Shown piece after piece: positions 54,552-63,098 of a stretch of DNA of 64,000 nucleotides; position 1 is the first letter of the stretch, and each line of letters starts with the position of its first letter. Source of the stretch: an uncultured Acidobacteriota bacterium (GTDB lineage Bacteria; Acidobacteriota; Thermoanaerobaculia; UBA5066; Gp7-AA6); assembly GCA_963707935.1 (NCBI GenBank), contig CAVPRN010000005.1, positions 1,426,837-1,490,836 of the forward strand, in the 5' to 3' direction. The notes under the pieces are model-generated. The model worked only from the letters and a program-made list of their open reading frames with translations. It was not told the origin of the DNA and ran no database searches. The translations under genes and the position numbers were made by a program.

Positions 54552-55018
54552 GAGTCAGCGACGTCATGTGCCGCCCGGTCGTCTCCTGCACGCCGGAGAC
54601 GAGCCTTTCCTCCGCTGCGCGGATGATGGGGGAGAACGACTGCGGAGCGCTTCCGGTCTTGCGCGGAAAGACCGTGGTGGGAATGGTGACCGACCGAGAT
54701 ATCTGCGTGGCGATCGGGAAACGGAAGAAAGCCGCGTCCGAGACGACAGTCCGGGAGATCTTCAGCCCCGGCGTCGTGACGTGCTCGACGAGCGACGACG
54801 TCCGCAGCGCGCTCGCGACGATGGCGAGCAGGCACGTTCGGCGTTTGCCGGTCCTCGATGCGGATGGGGCCCTTCAGGGAATTGTGTCGCTCGACGACCT
54901 CATGCTCCGGGCGGAAGAACCCAGGCCGACCGGGGCACCGCCCGACTTGTCCCACGGGGACGTGGTGACCGCCTTTCGAAGCATCTGCGGAAAGCGGCCT
55001 CTCCGCAAGCCGGCGTGA
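54548..55018 (+). CDS. CBS-domain pair protein
   Basis: 156 aa. VMCRPVVSCTP..CGALPVLRGKTVVGMVTDRDI..VRRLPVLDADGALQGIVSLDDL. ATGA overlap with the upstream gene. Confidence 0.88.
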   Translation: MRVSDVMCRPVVSCTPETSLSSAARMMGENDCGALPVLRGKTVVGMVTDRDICVAIGKRKKAASETTVREIFSPGVVTCSTSDDVRSALATMASRHVRRLPVLDADGALQGIVSLDDLMLRAEEPRPTGAPPDLSHGDVVTAFRSICGKRPLRKPA

Positions 55019-55094
55019 GCGGCGGCGGAGCGCGGAGGCCGGCATTTCCCGGTAGCTGCGACGCGCATTCGCCCGTCCCCGGGCGAGGGGTCCC

Positions 55095-55973
55095 ATGGCC
55101 GAACCGCTGAACGCCCGCATCGCTGCCCGGCTGGAAGAGGTCTCGACCCTCCTCGAGGAGCAGGGAGCCGACCGTTTCCGAGTCCAGGCCTTCCGGAGAG
55201 GTGCGGAGACGCTGCGGAATCTGCCCCGTCCCGTCTCGGAAATCGTGGCGCAAGAAGGAACCGAAGGGTTGGACCGCCTTCCCGGGATCGGGCCGGTCCT
55301 CGCCCGCTCGATCCGCCACGTGCTGGAAGGGGGTCGACTCCCGATGCTCGACCGCCTCCGGGGTCAGAGCGATCCCATCCGTCTGCTCTCGACCGTTCCG
55401 GGGATCGGGCCCGGACTCGCCGACCGGCTTCACCACGATCTGGGGCTCTCGACACTCGAAGATCTCGAGGCTGCGGCGTCCGACGGACGCCTGGAGGTCT
55501 TCGGAGGCATCGGCAGGAAGCGGCTGGCGGGAATTCGTGATTCGCTCGCGGCCCGCCTCGGGCGCACGCGTCGGCCGGTCTCCGGATACCGCGGCCAGCC
55601 TCCCGTCTCCGAGCTGCTTGACGTCGACTCCGAATACCGCGCCGGCGCGGCCGCGGGCAGCCTCCGACGTATCGCTCCCCGGCGGTTCAATCCGCGAGGC
55701 GAGGCCTGGCTGCCGGTGCTCCACACCCGGCGCGGCGGCCGGGACTACACGGCCCTCTTCTCGAACACCGCGCGCGCGCACCAACTCGGCCGCACGAACG
55801 ACTGGGTTGTCCTCTACGTAGACGGCGCCGACGGGGACCGCCAGTGGACGGTGGTCACCGAGCCCCAGGGCGAGCTTCGCGGGCGCCGGGTGGTGCGGGG
55901 ACGGGAAGCCGAGTGTGGCGACCATTACCTCCGCGCGGCCCGGACTCTCGAGCCGTCCCGTCGATCCGCCTGA
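55095..55973 (+). CDS. helix-hairpin-helix DNA-binding protein (PolX N-terminal-like)
   Basis: Three HhH motifs: LPGIGPVLARSI, VPGIGPGLADRL and GIGRKRLAGI. The C-terminal domain is unrecognised. Confidence 0.55.
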   Translation: MAEPLNARIAARLEEVSTLLEEQGADRFRVQAFRRGAETLRNLPRPVSEIVAQEGTEGLDRLPGIGPVLARSIRHVLEGGRLPMLDRLRGQSDPIRLLSTVPGIGPGLADRLHHDLGLSTLEDLEAAASDGRLEVFGGIGRKRLAGIRDSLAARLGRTRRPVSGYRGQPPVSELLDVDSEYRAGAAAGSLRRIAPRRFNPRGEAWLPVLHTRRGGRDYTALFSNTARAHQLGRTNDWVVLYVDGADGDRQWTVVTEPQGELRGRRVVRGREAECGDHYLRAARTLEPSRRSA

Positions 55974-56011
55974 CTCTCATTCGTCGGTCTCCGACGAGAC
56001 CGCACCCCGAA

Positions 56012-56028
56012 TGATTCTTCTTGAATCA
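56012..56028. promoter_or_regulatory. possible class A-like site with 9-nt spacer (TGATTCTTCTTGAATCA)
   Basis: TGAT-N9-ATCA, one nt longer than the other copies. It lies upstream of the nucleotidyltransferase gene. Confidence 0.25.
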
Positions 56029-56089
56029 CCTCCCGAGCGGCGGTATTCCGCCATCATCGTCCGGTCGGAAAGGAACGGGGCCACTTCCG

Positions 56090-57235
56090 ATGGAGACACA
56101 GGAGGCGCGAGCCGCGCGGGCGTTTGTGCGAGGGGCCCGGCTGCCTGCGAGGCGGCCCGTTGACCACGGCGCGGGAACGCCCGAGCAGAACGCGTCAGTC
56201 TCGGACATTCACCGCCGCCTTTGGGCGATCGTTCTGGCGGGTGGAGAGGGGAAGCGTCTGCGTCCGCTCGTGCGGCACGTGCACGGCGACGAGCGTCCGA
56301 AGCAGTTCGCGACGCTCATCGGGACGCGCTCCTTGCTCCGCCAAACGCTCGATCGGGCAGCCCTCGCCGTGCCGCGCGATCATCTGGTCGTGATCGCGTC
56401 TCGCTCGCATCGCAGGTATGTCGACGAGGAATTCGCGGGCTCCCCGGCGCCGCGCGTTCTGGTCCAGCCGGCCGATCGGGGAACGGCCGCCGGCATCCTC
56501 TACCCCGCCCACTGGATCCGGGCGCGTCACCCCGAAGCGATCGTCGCCGTGCTTCCCGCCGACCACTTCATCGCGCGGGAATCGGCTTTCATGAATCATG
56601 TCGCCGCAGTCGCCGAGTGGGCGAGTTCCCATGCGGATTCGATCGTGCTCCTCGCCGCCCGACCGACGCGCGCGGAGACCGAGTATGGCTGGATCGAGCC
56701 CGCCGAGACCATCGCATCCATTCCGTCCGGGACAATCCGAAGAGTCTGGAGCTTTCGAGAAAAACCGTCCCCCGAAGAGGCCCGGAGCTGCTTTCAGCGG
56801 GGTTGCCTCTGGAATACCTTCATCATGATCGCCAGCGTGTCCGCGCTCACCGACGCGTGTCGGGTCGCGCTTCCGCAACTGCATTCGGGACTGGGCTCCG
56901 CCGTGAGATTCGGACGCGACGACGCGGGCGCCATCGAGAGCGCTTATGCGGAGGCGCCCGCAGCCGACTTCTCGCGGTCGATCCTCACCCATTGCCCCTC
57001 GTCTCTGGCGGTTTCCGAGCTGCCCGCCGTCGGCTGGAGCGACTGGGGAACCTCCGAGCGCGTGATGCGGAGCTTGAAGGAGGCCGGGCTCGAGCCGTCG
57101 TGGCTGCGGCGCCCGCTTCCGACCGAACCCCCCGCAGGGAGGCACGAGGTTCGAGATGGAGGCCGGAGTCCGGACGGACGGTTCGCCTACTTGACGAGTA
57201 GCACCGGGCATCGCGCGAGCAGCCCCACCTTGTAG
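56090..57235 (+). CDS. sugar-phosphate nucleotidyltransferase (mannose-1-phosphate guanylyltransferase-like)
   Basis: LWAIVLAGGEGKRLRPL..ERPKQF..VLPADHFI..EYGWIE..FREKP. Both the start and the 3' end (which overlaps the convergent USP) are uncertain. Confidence 0.7.
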   Translation: METQEARAARAFVRGARLPARRPVDHGAGTPEQNASVSDIHRRLWAIVLAGGEGKRLRPLVRHVHGDERPKQFATLIGTRSLLRQTLDRAALAVPRDHLVVIASRSHRRYVDEEFAGSPAPRVLVQPADRGTAAGILYPAHWIRARHPEAIVAVLPADHFIARESAFMNHVAAVAEWASSHADSIVLLAARPTRAETEYGWIEPAETIASIPSGTIRRVWSFREKPSPEEARSCFQRGCLWNTFIMIASVSALTDACRVALPQLHSGLGSAVRFGRDDAGAIESAYAEAPAADFSRSILTHCPSSLAVSELPAVGWSDWGTSERVMRSLKEAGLEPSWLRRPLPTEPPAGRHEVRDGGRSPDGRFAYLTSSTGHRASSPTL

Positions 57236-57603
57236 CTGATCGTTCCCCAGGCCTCGCCGCGAAGACGCGGCAGCTTGTGCGAGCTCATCACGATCAGGTC
57301 GATCCGATTGCCCTCCGCGTAGCGCAGGATCTCGTCCACGCGGCGCCCGTAGACCAGTTCCGCGCGGGCCCGCGCTCCCTTCCTCCGGAGCTCGTCCACC
57401 GACCCTTCCAGCTTCTGCCGCGCGCTCTTCTCGAGCTTGCGGTAAAAGGCGGCGAAAGCGCCCGGCGCGCCGGCGTCGATCCGCTCGATGACGTGCAACA
57501 GCGTCGTTTCCCCCTTCGCGGAGGCGGCCAGACGCACGGCGACTCCCGCCGCGCGGCGGCTTCGGGGGGTGAAGTCCGTCGGAACGAGGACGCGGCGGAA
57601 CAT
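57187..57603 (-). CDS. universal stress protein
   Basis: 138 aa. MFRRVLVPTDFTPRS...DLIVMSSHKLPRLRGEAWGTISYKVGLLARCPVLLV. Confidence 0.9.
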   Translation of the reverse strand: MFRRVLVPTDFTPRSRRAAGVAVRLAASAKGETTLLHVIERIDAGAPGAFAAFYRKLEKSARQKLEGSVDELRRKGARARAELVYGRRVDEILRYAEGNRIDLIVMSSHKLPRLRGEAWGTISYKVGLLARCPVLLVK

Positions 57604-58125
57604 CACTTCTCCGCGCGGTGGGACCGGATGTACTCCTGCGCGAAGGCGAGCAGGTTCGGGCTCTTGAGCCCGATGCGCCGGGCTTCCTCCTCCGCCTTCT
57701 CCTCGGTCCAGCCGTCCACGAGAACGCGCCGGATCATCCAGAAGGCTCCGACGCGATTCCCGGAGGCGCAGTGGACGAAGAGGGGGAAGACCCCCGGATC
57801 GGCCGTGGCCGCGAGGAAGGCGTCCGCCTGCTCGACTTTCGGATCCGCGCCCGAGACCGGGATGCTCACGAATCGGAGCCCGAGCTTCCGGACCGCCGCG
57901 GACTCGGCCTCGAGATCCTGCTCCGAGGGCGGACGCAAGTCGATCACGGTCCGAATCCCCTCCTCGCGCAGGCTCGTGAGCTGCGCCTCCGTCGGCTGGC
58001 CCCCCGTGCAGACCCGCTCGTCGACACGCACGAAGTGATCGATCTCCTCGACCGGTCTCGCGATGCCGACCGAGGCCGCGAAGAGCGCCGCGACCGCGAC
58101 ACGCCGCGAACCGTGTGCGCGCCAT
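57603..58125 (-). pseudogene. secreted Cys-based phosphatase-like protein (DUF442/PTP-loop HCxxGxR); frame break just after the start codon
   Basis: MARTRFAA | VAVAALFAASVGIARPVEEIDHFVRVDERVCTGGQPT...FVHCASGNRVGAFW. The length is 523 nt. Confidence 0.6.
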
Positions 58126-58127
58126 CC

Positions 58128-58574
58128 CTAACCCCTCTCCAGGTAGTCGCGGACGAAATCCGCTTCCGTGAGGATCCCGACCAGGTGCATTCCCTCGACC
58201 ACCGGCAGGCACCCGATCTTGTTCTCGAGGAGGAGCGCGGCGGCTTCGGCGAGCCGCGCTTCCGGCTCGACGGTTTCCGGCTCGATCGTCATGATCTCCC
58301 GGACCTTGCGCCCGCGCAGCAGGTCCCGTTCGACGCTCATCGGCAACTCGTCCATCCGGCCGAGAACGGATCTCGCAAGGTCCCGATGGGAAACGAGCCC
58401 GACGAGGTCTCCCTCGCGATCCACGATCGGCACGTGGCGCACCCGCCGAGCGTCCATCAGATCCTCGAGAGCGACCAGGTTGTCCCCCGGCCCGAGCGTG
58501 AAGACCTTCTCGGTCATCAAGTCCCGCACCAGGCGTTCGCGTTGCCGGGCGAGCGGCCTCTCCTTGGCAGCCAT
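58128..58574 (-). CDS. CBS-domain pair protein
   Basis: 148 aa. LMTEKVFTLGP..VRHVPIVDREGDLVGLVSHRDL..IMTIEPETVEP..IGCLPVVEGMHLVGILTEADF. Confidence 0.88.
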   Translation of the reverse strand: MAAKERPLARQRERLVRDLMTEKVFTLGPGDNLVALEDLMDARRVRHVPIVDREGDLVGLVSHRDLARSVLGRMDELPMSVERDLLRGRKVREIMTIEPETVEPEARLAEAAALLLENKIGCLPVVEGMHLVGILTEADFVRDYLERG

Positions 58575-58629
58575 CTCGACCTCCTTTCTCCTCTCGACCC
58601 CATCTCAACGCGCCGGGTCTGCCCGAACA

Positions 58630-58645
58630 TGGTGCGTTCGCATCA
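58630..58645. promoter_or_regulatory. class A palindrome site, degenerate (TGGTGCGTTCGCATCA)
   Basis: One mismatch. Its centre is about 63 nt upstream of the CBS ATG at 58574. It is divergent from the BON gene. Confidence 0.4.
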
Positions 58646-58764
58646 AAACGATGCTCCTCGCGAGCGCCGCGGCCCGATGTCGCGTGTCGGGATCGTTGCT
58701 CCCGCACGATCGAAGCGGCGAGCTCCCATCGAGGCATCGCGATCGGACCGAAAATGGAGAGATA

Positions 58765-59265
58765 ATGCGAGCCTCAAGGCCCTTTCCGAATTCGATGAGG
58801 GGACTCATGGGCGAACGAAAGGGCGATCGGGAGACTCGGCAGAAGATCCTTCGCGAGCTCGAGCTCGGAGGCCTGAAGGGTCTTCGGGTCGGAGTTCACG
58901 CGGGCCATGTGACGCTGCGCGGCACGGTGGACAGCTACGCCAAGCAGCTCGCGGCGCGCGCCGCCGCGCTCCGGGGAGCGGGAACGCCGGAGCTCGACGA
59001 CAACGTGCAGGTGCGCCTGCCCGGGAGCTCGCGCCGCTCCGATCGGGAGCTCGCCGCGGCGGTCGGGCGCGCGCTCGAGTTCGACGAGTTCGTGCCGGAC
59101 CGGCGGATCCGACTGCGCGTCTTCCACGGAAAGGTCACACTCGAGGGGGAAGTCGATTCCTCCCGCGAGAGGGAGGACGCCGCGCGCGTCGCGCGGCACG
59201 TGGCGGGCGTCACCGCGGTCGCGAACCTCATCCGCGTGCGGACCGCCACGGAGCCGCCCCGCTAG
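58765..59265 (+). CDS. BON-domain protein (two BON repeats)
   Basis: LRVGVHAGHVTLRGTVDSYAKQLAA.. and RIRLRVFHGKVTLEGEVDSSREREDAARVARHVAGVTAVANLI. The start is ambiguous (58765, 58795 or 58807). Confidence 0.75.
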   Translation: MRASRPFPNSMRGLMGERKGDRETRQKILRELELGGLKGLRVGVHAGHVTLRGTVDSYAKQLAARAAALRGAGTPELDDNVQVRLPGSSRRSDRELAAAVGRALEFDEFVPDRRIRLRVFHGKVTLEGEVDSSREREDAARVARHVAGVTAVANLIRVRTATEPPR

Positions 59266-59290
59266 CGTTTCGAGGCCTCCCGCCGCCTCT

Positions 59291-60922
59291 CTACGAGCGG
59301 AAGGCGATCTCGCCGTCGTCGCCGAGGTCGAATCGCGAGGCGAGCGGGTCCTTCGGAAGCCCCGGCATCCGGAGGATCTCCCCGGTGATCGGGATCACGA
59401 AGCCGGCGCCCGCCGCGAGCTGGATCTCCCGCACCGTCACGAGAAAGTCCTTCGGGCGGCCGAGCAGCGACGGATTGTCCGAAAGGGACTGCTGCGTCTT
59501 CGCGATGCAGACGGGAAGGCCTCCGTAGCCGAGCTTCTCGAGTTGCGCCACGTCCCGCTTCGCGCGGGGCGCGTAGTCGACTTCCTCGGCGCCGTACATT
59601 TCCCTGGCGACCGTGCGGATCTTCTCCTCGATCGGCGCCGACCAGTCGTAGAGGGGCCGGAAGGTCCCGGGCCGGCGCGACGCCATCGCGCGCACGAGCT
59701 CCGCCAGAGCGACGCAGCCGGCGCCCCCCTTCCGAGAAGGGCTTGGCCACGACCGCCTCGATGCCGTGGGACGCGCACAGGCGCCGCACCGCCTCGACCT
59801 CCGCCGACGTGTCGGTCGGGAAATGGTTGATGGCCACGACGCAGGGCTGCTCGAACTTGCGGATGTTCTCGACGTGCTTCTCGAGGTTCTCGAGCCCCTT
59901 CTCGAGCGCCGGCACGTCGGGCTCCTGGATTCGCGCGAGCGGCTTGCCGCCGTGCATCTTGAGGGCGCGCAACGGTCGCGACGAGAACCGTCCCGCTCGG
60001 CGCGAAGCCGCCGTATCGGCAGTTGATGTCGAAGAACTTCTCGGCGCCGAGCTCGAAGGCGAAGCCCGCCTCGGTCACGACGACGTCGGCCGTCGCGAGA
60101 GCGGCTCGGGTGGCGGCGATCGAGTTGGTGCCGTGCGCGATGTTGGCGAACGGTCCGCCGTGGACGAAGGCGGGCACGCCCTCGGTCGTCTGCACGAGGT
60201 TCGGCTTGATCGCGTCGCGCAGGAGCGCCGCCATGGCGCCGACGGCCTGGAGGTCGGAGGCGGTCACCGGCGTTCCGTTCGAGCGATAGCCCGACGACGA
60301 TTCGCGCCAGGCGTTCCTTCAGGTCCCGGACGCCGGTGGCGAGGCAGAGGATGGCCATCACCTCGCTCGCCGCGGTGATGTCGAAGCCCGTCTCGCGCGG
60401 GACGCCTTCGCGGTGCCCGCCGAGGCCGATGACGATGTCGCGCAGCGCGCGGTCGTTCATGTCCATCACACGCCGCCACGGCACGCGGCGCGAGTCGATC
60501 CCGAGCGCGTTGCCGTGATGCAGGTGGTTGTCGACCAGCGCGGCCAGCAGGTTGTGGGCGCAGGAGACGGCGTGGATGTCGCCGGTGAAGTGGAGGTTGA
60601 TGTCGTCGGAGGGAACGACCTGGGAGGCGCCGCCGCCGGTGCCGCCGCCCTTCATGCCGAGGTACGGCCCGAGCGACGGCTCGCGCAGCGCCACGGCCGC
60701 GCGCACACCGATCTTCGTGAGCCCCTGCGCGAGGCCGATCGAGGTCGTGGTCTTGCCTTCGCCGGCCGGTGTGGGCGTGATCGCCGAGACGAGGACGAGC
60801 GAGCCGCGCGCCGGCTTCCCGTCGAGCGCTCCGTTTCGGAGCTTGGCCTTGTAGGGCCCGTAGAGCTCGAGCGTTTCCGGCGCGAGGTCGAGCGAGCGGG
60901 CGACTTCCTCGATCGGTTTCAT
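59291..60922 (-). pseudogene. fhs: formate--tetrahydrofolate ligase; 3 frame breaks (about 60290, 59985 and 59735)
   Basis: N-terminal: ITPTPAGEGKTTTSIGL..LREPSLGPYLGMKGGGTGGG. Middle, in two other frames: [15 protein letters not shown].. and ..[20 protein letters not shown]-terminal: [30 protein letters not shown]. Confidence 0.92.
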
Positions 60923-60979
60923 GCGTGCGGACTCTAGCAGGGCGCCGGAGAACGAGAGAGCGCGCCGGAGGCGCCCGGG

Positions 60980-61945
60980 TCACACGGCGACGGGCGTGAC
61001 GGCTTCCGCCAGGCGCAGGGCGTCTTCCCGGCGGCAGAGCTCTGTCCCCGGGTTCATGACGGCCGCGGCGGCGGCGGCCACGCCGAATCGGACCGCGTCG
61101 GGCACCGGGCGGCCCGAGGCGAGCGAGAGGACGATTCCGGCGACCAGGCTGTCGCCCGCGCCGACGCTCGACGCCACCGAAACGAGGGGAGCGGCCAGCC
61201 GCTCCTGGCCCTGGCGCGACGTCCAGAGGGCGCCGCCCGCGCCGAGCGAGAGCACGAGGATCTCGCAGCATCCCGACTCGACGGCCTGCCGCGCCCGCTC
61301 CCGCCACGCCGCTTCGTCGGCTCCCTTCTCGCCGGACCACTCCTGGAATTCCCGGAGGCTCGGCTTCCAGAGGAAGACCCTCTCTTCGAGTGCGCGCGCG
61401 AGGGACGGTCCCGAGGCATCGAGGACGAAGCGCGCGCCGCGCTCTCGCGCGAGCCGAGCGAGGCGCGCGTAGAAGTCCTCGGGTACCGCGGGCGGAAGGC
61501 TGCCGCTTCCGACGAGATAGGCGGGGAACGGATCCAGGCTCGCGAGGCGTTCGAAGCACTCCCTCGACTCGCCCGGGTCGAGCGCCGGCCCCGGCAGCAC
61601 GAAGCGGAACTGCCGTCCGGTCTCCTCCTCGAGCACGTTCCAGTTCTCGCGCGTGAAACCGCGAATGGGGACGGCGATCCTCTCGATCCCCTCCGCGTCG
61701 AGCAGGTCCTCCAGGAGCCGGCCCGCCGGTCCCCCGGAGGGAAAGAGCGCGGTGGCCCGACCGCCCAGCCGTCGGATCGCACGGGCGACGTTGATGCCGC
61801 CTCCGCCCGGCTCATAGCGAGCCGCCCGGCAGCGCAGCTTCCGCTCCGAGACGACGTGGCCGACTCCGGTCGAGACGTCGATCGCCGGGTTCAGCGTGAC
61901 CGTGACGACGGGCGCCGGCGTCGCGGGGCTCCCGTCGAGGGTCAC
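60980..61945 (-). CDS. pfkB: PfkB-family carbohydrate kinase (1-phosphofructokinase / PfkB-like)
   Basis: 321 aa from a GTG that overlaps the upstream stop (GTGA). VVTVTLNPAIDV..PGGGGINVAR..GSGSLP..LGAGGAL..VGAGDSLVAG. Confidence 0.85.
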   Translation of the reverse strand: MTLDGSPATPAPVVTVTLNPAIDVSTGVGHVVSERKLRCRAARYEPGGGGINVARAIRRLGGRATALFPSGGPAGRLLEDLLDAEGIERIAVPIRGFTRENWNVLEEETGRQFRFVLPGPALDPGESRECFERLASLDPFPAYLVGSGSLPPAVPEDFYARLARLARERGARFVLDASGPSLARALEERVFLWKPSLREFQEWSGEKGADEAAWRERARQAVESGCCEILVLSLGAGGALWTSRQGQERLAAPLVSVASSVGAGDSLVAGIVLSLASGRPVPDAVRFGVAAAAAAVMNPGTELCRREDALRLAEAVTPVAV

Positions 61946-62328
61946 GGGCCGGAGGCGCCGCTGTCGAGTCCGTCCACCGTCTCCGGCAGAGCGGCCACGC
62001 GGAACTCCAGGATCGTCTTGCGGCCGCCGCCCGACACGATCTCGAGGGCCGCCTCGGCGCCGGATTCCGTCATCTCGACCCAGACTTGCTGCGGATCCTC
62101 GACGGGATGCTCGAGGTTCGAGTCCGGCCCGCGGCCGAGCAGGATCGAGATGGGACCGCGCGCCGCCGGATCGACGACGATACCCTCGAGCGGCAGGTCT
62201 CTCGCCTCGACCTGCGCGCCGATCCGGGGATCGACGATGCGCACGGTCGAGAGCCAACGGACATGCCGGCGCCCGAAGCCCTCGAAGAACGGCGCCCATT
62301 CCGCTCGCGGGATCTGGCGATTTCGCAT
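61942..62328 (-). CDS. hypothetical protein (128 aa)
   Basis: GGAAGGAGG lies upstream of the ATG at 62328. MRNRQIPRAEWAPFFEGFGRRHVRWLSTVRIVD... I recognised no domain with confidence. Confidence 0.55.
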   Translation of the reverse strand: MRNRQIPRAEWAPFFEGFGRRHVRWLSTVRIVDPRIGAQVEARDLPLEGIVVDPAARGPISILLGRGPDSNLEHPVEDPQQVWVEMTESGAEAALEIVSGGGRKTILEFRVAALPETVDGLDSGASGP

Positions 62329-62356
62329 ACGGACCTCCTTCCGAGACGAGTGCATC

Positions 62357-63082
62357 TCAGGTCGCCGGGGCTGTCTCGATGCTCTGGGATTCGGACCGGG
62401 CGCGCGCGAGCAGCTCGCGCACTTCGGCGTCGCACGTCGGAGTGAAGTCCTCGTAGAACTCGCCGACGGCGCCGAAGGACTCGGGCCGGCTCACGCACAT
62501 GGTCTCGTCGGCGAGCCGCGAGAGCTCTCTGGCGGTCGAAGCCGGCGCCACCGGCACCGCCACGACGATCGCCTCGGGCCGTCGCCCGCGCAGCGCCAGG
62601 ATGGCCGCTTTCAGGGAGGCTCCCGTGGCGGCTCCGTCGTCCACGAGCAGCACGGTCCGCCCGAAGACCTCCGGGGCGGGGCGGTCGCCCCGATAGGCGC
62701 GCTCCCGCCGCTCGAGCTCGCACCGCTCGCGCGCTTCGACCTCGTCGATCTCCTGCGGCGAAACGCCCATCCGCGCGATCAGGTTCCGATCCAGAACGCG
62801 CGCGCCGCCCGCCGTGATGGCGCCCATTGCGAGCTCTTCCCGGCCCGGGACGCCGAGCTTTCGCACGACGAGGACGTCGAGCGGCGCACCGAGCGCGCGG
62901 GCCACTTCGAAGGCCACCGGGACGCCTCCCCGAGGGAGCGCCAGGACGATCCGGCCTTTGCGTCCCGCGTGGTGGGCGAGCTTCTGCGCGAGCAGGCGCC
63001 CGGCGTGACGACGGTCTCGAAACCGCACGGCGGCCTCCTCTTCCAAACGATGCCTCGCGGAGGTCGATGCGCGTTGCGCCAT
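62357..63082 (-). CDS. phosphoribosyltransferase
   Basis: 241 aa. VLALPRGGVPVA..VRKLGVPGREELAMGAI..VLLVDDGAATGASL. It is a paralog of the C-terminal half of the gene at 37528..38931. Confidence 0.88.
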   Translation of the reverse strand: MAQRASTSARHRLEEEAAVRFRDRRHAGRLLAQKLAHHAGRKGRIVLALPRGGVPVAFEVARALGAPLDVLVVRKLGVPGREELAMGAITAGGARVLDRNLIARMGVSPQEIDEVEARERCELERRERAYRGDRPAPEVFGRTVLLVDDGAATGASLKAAILALRGRRPEAIVVAVPVAPASTARELSRLADETMCVSRPESFGAVGEFYEDFTPTCDAEVRELLARARSESQSIETAPAT

Positions 63083-63098
63083 TTCTCCTCCCGGCCGC

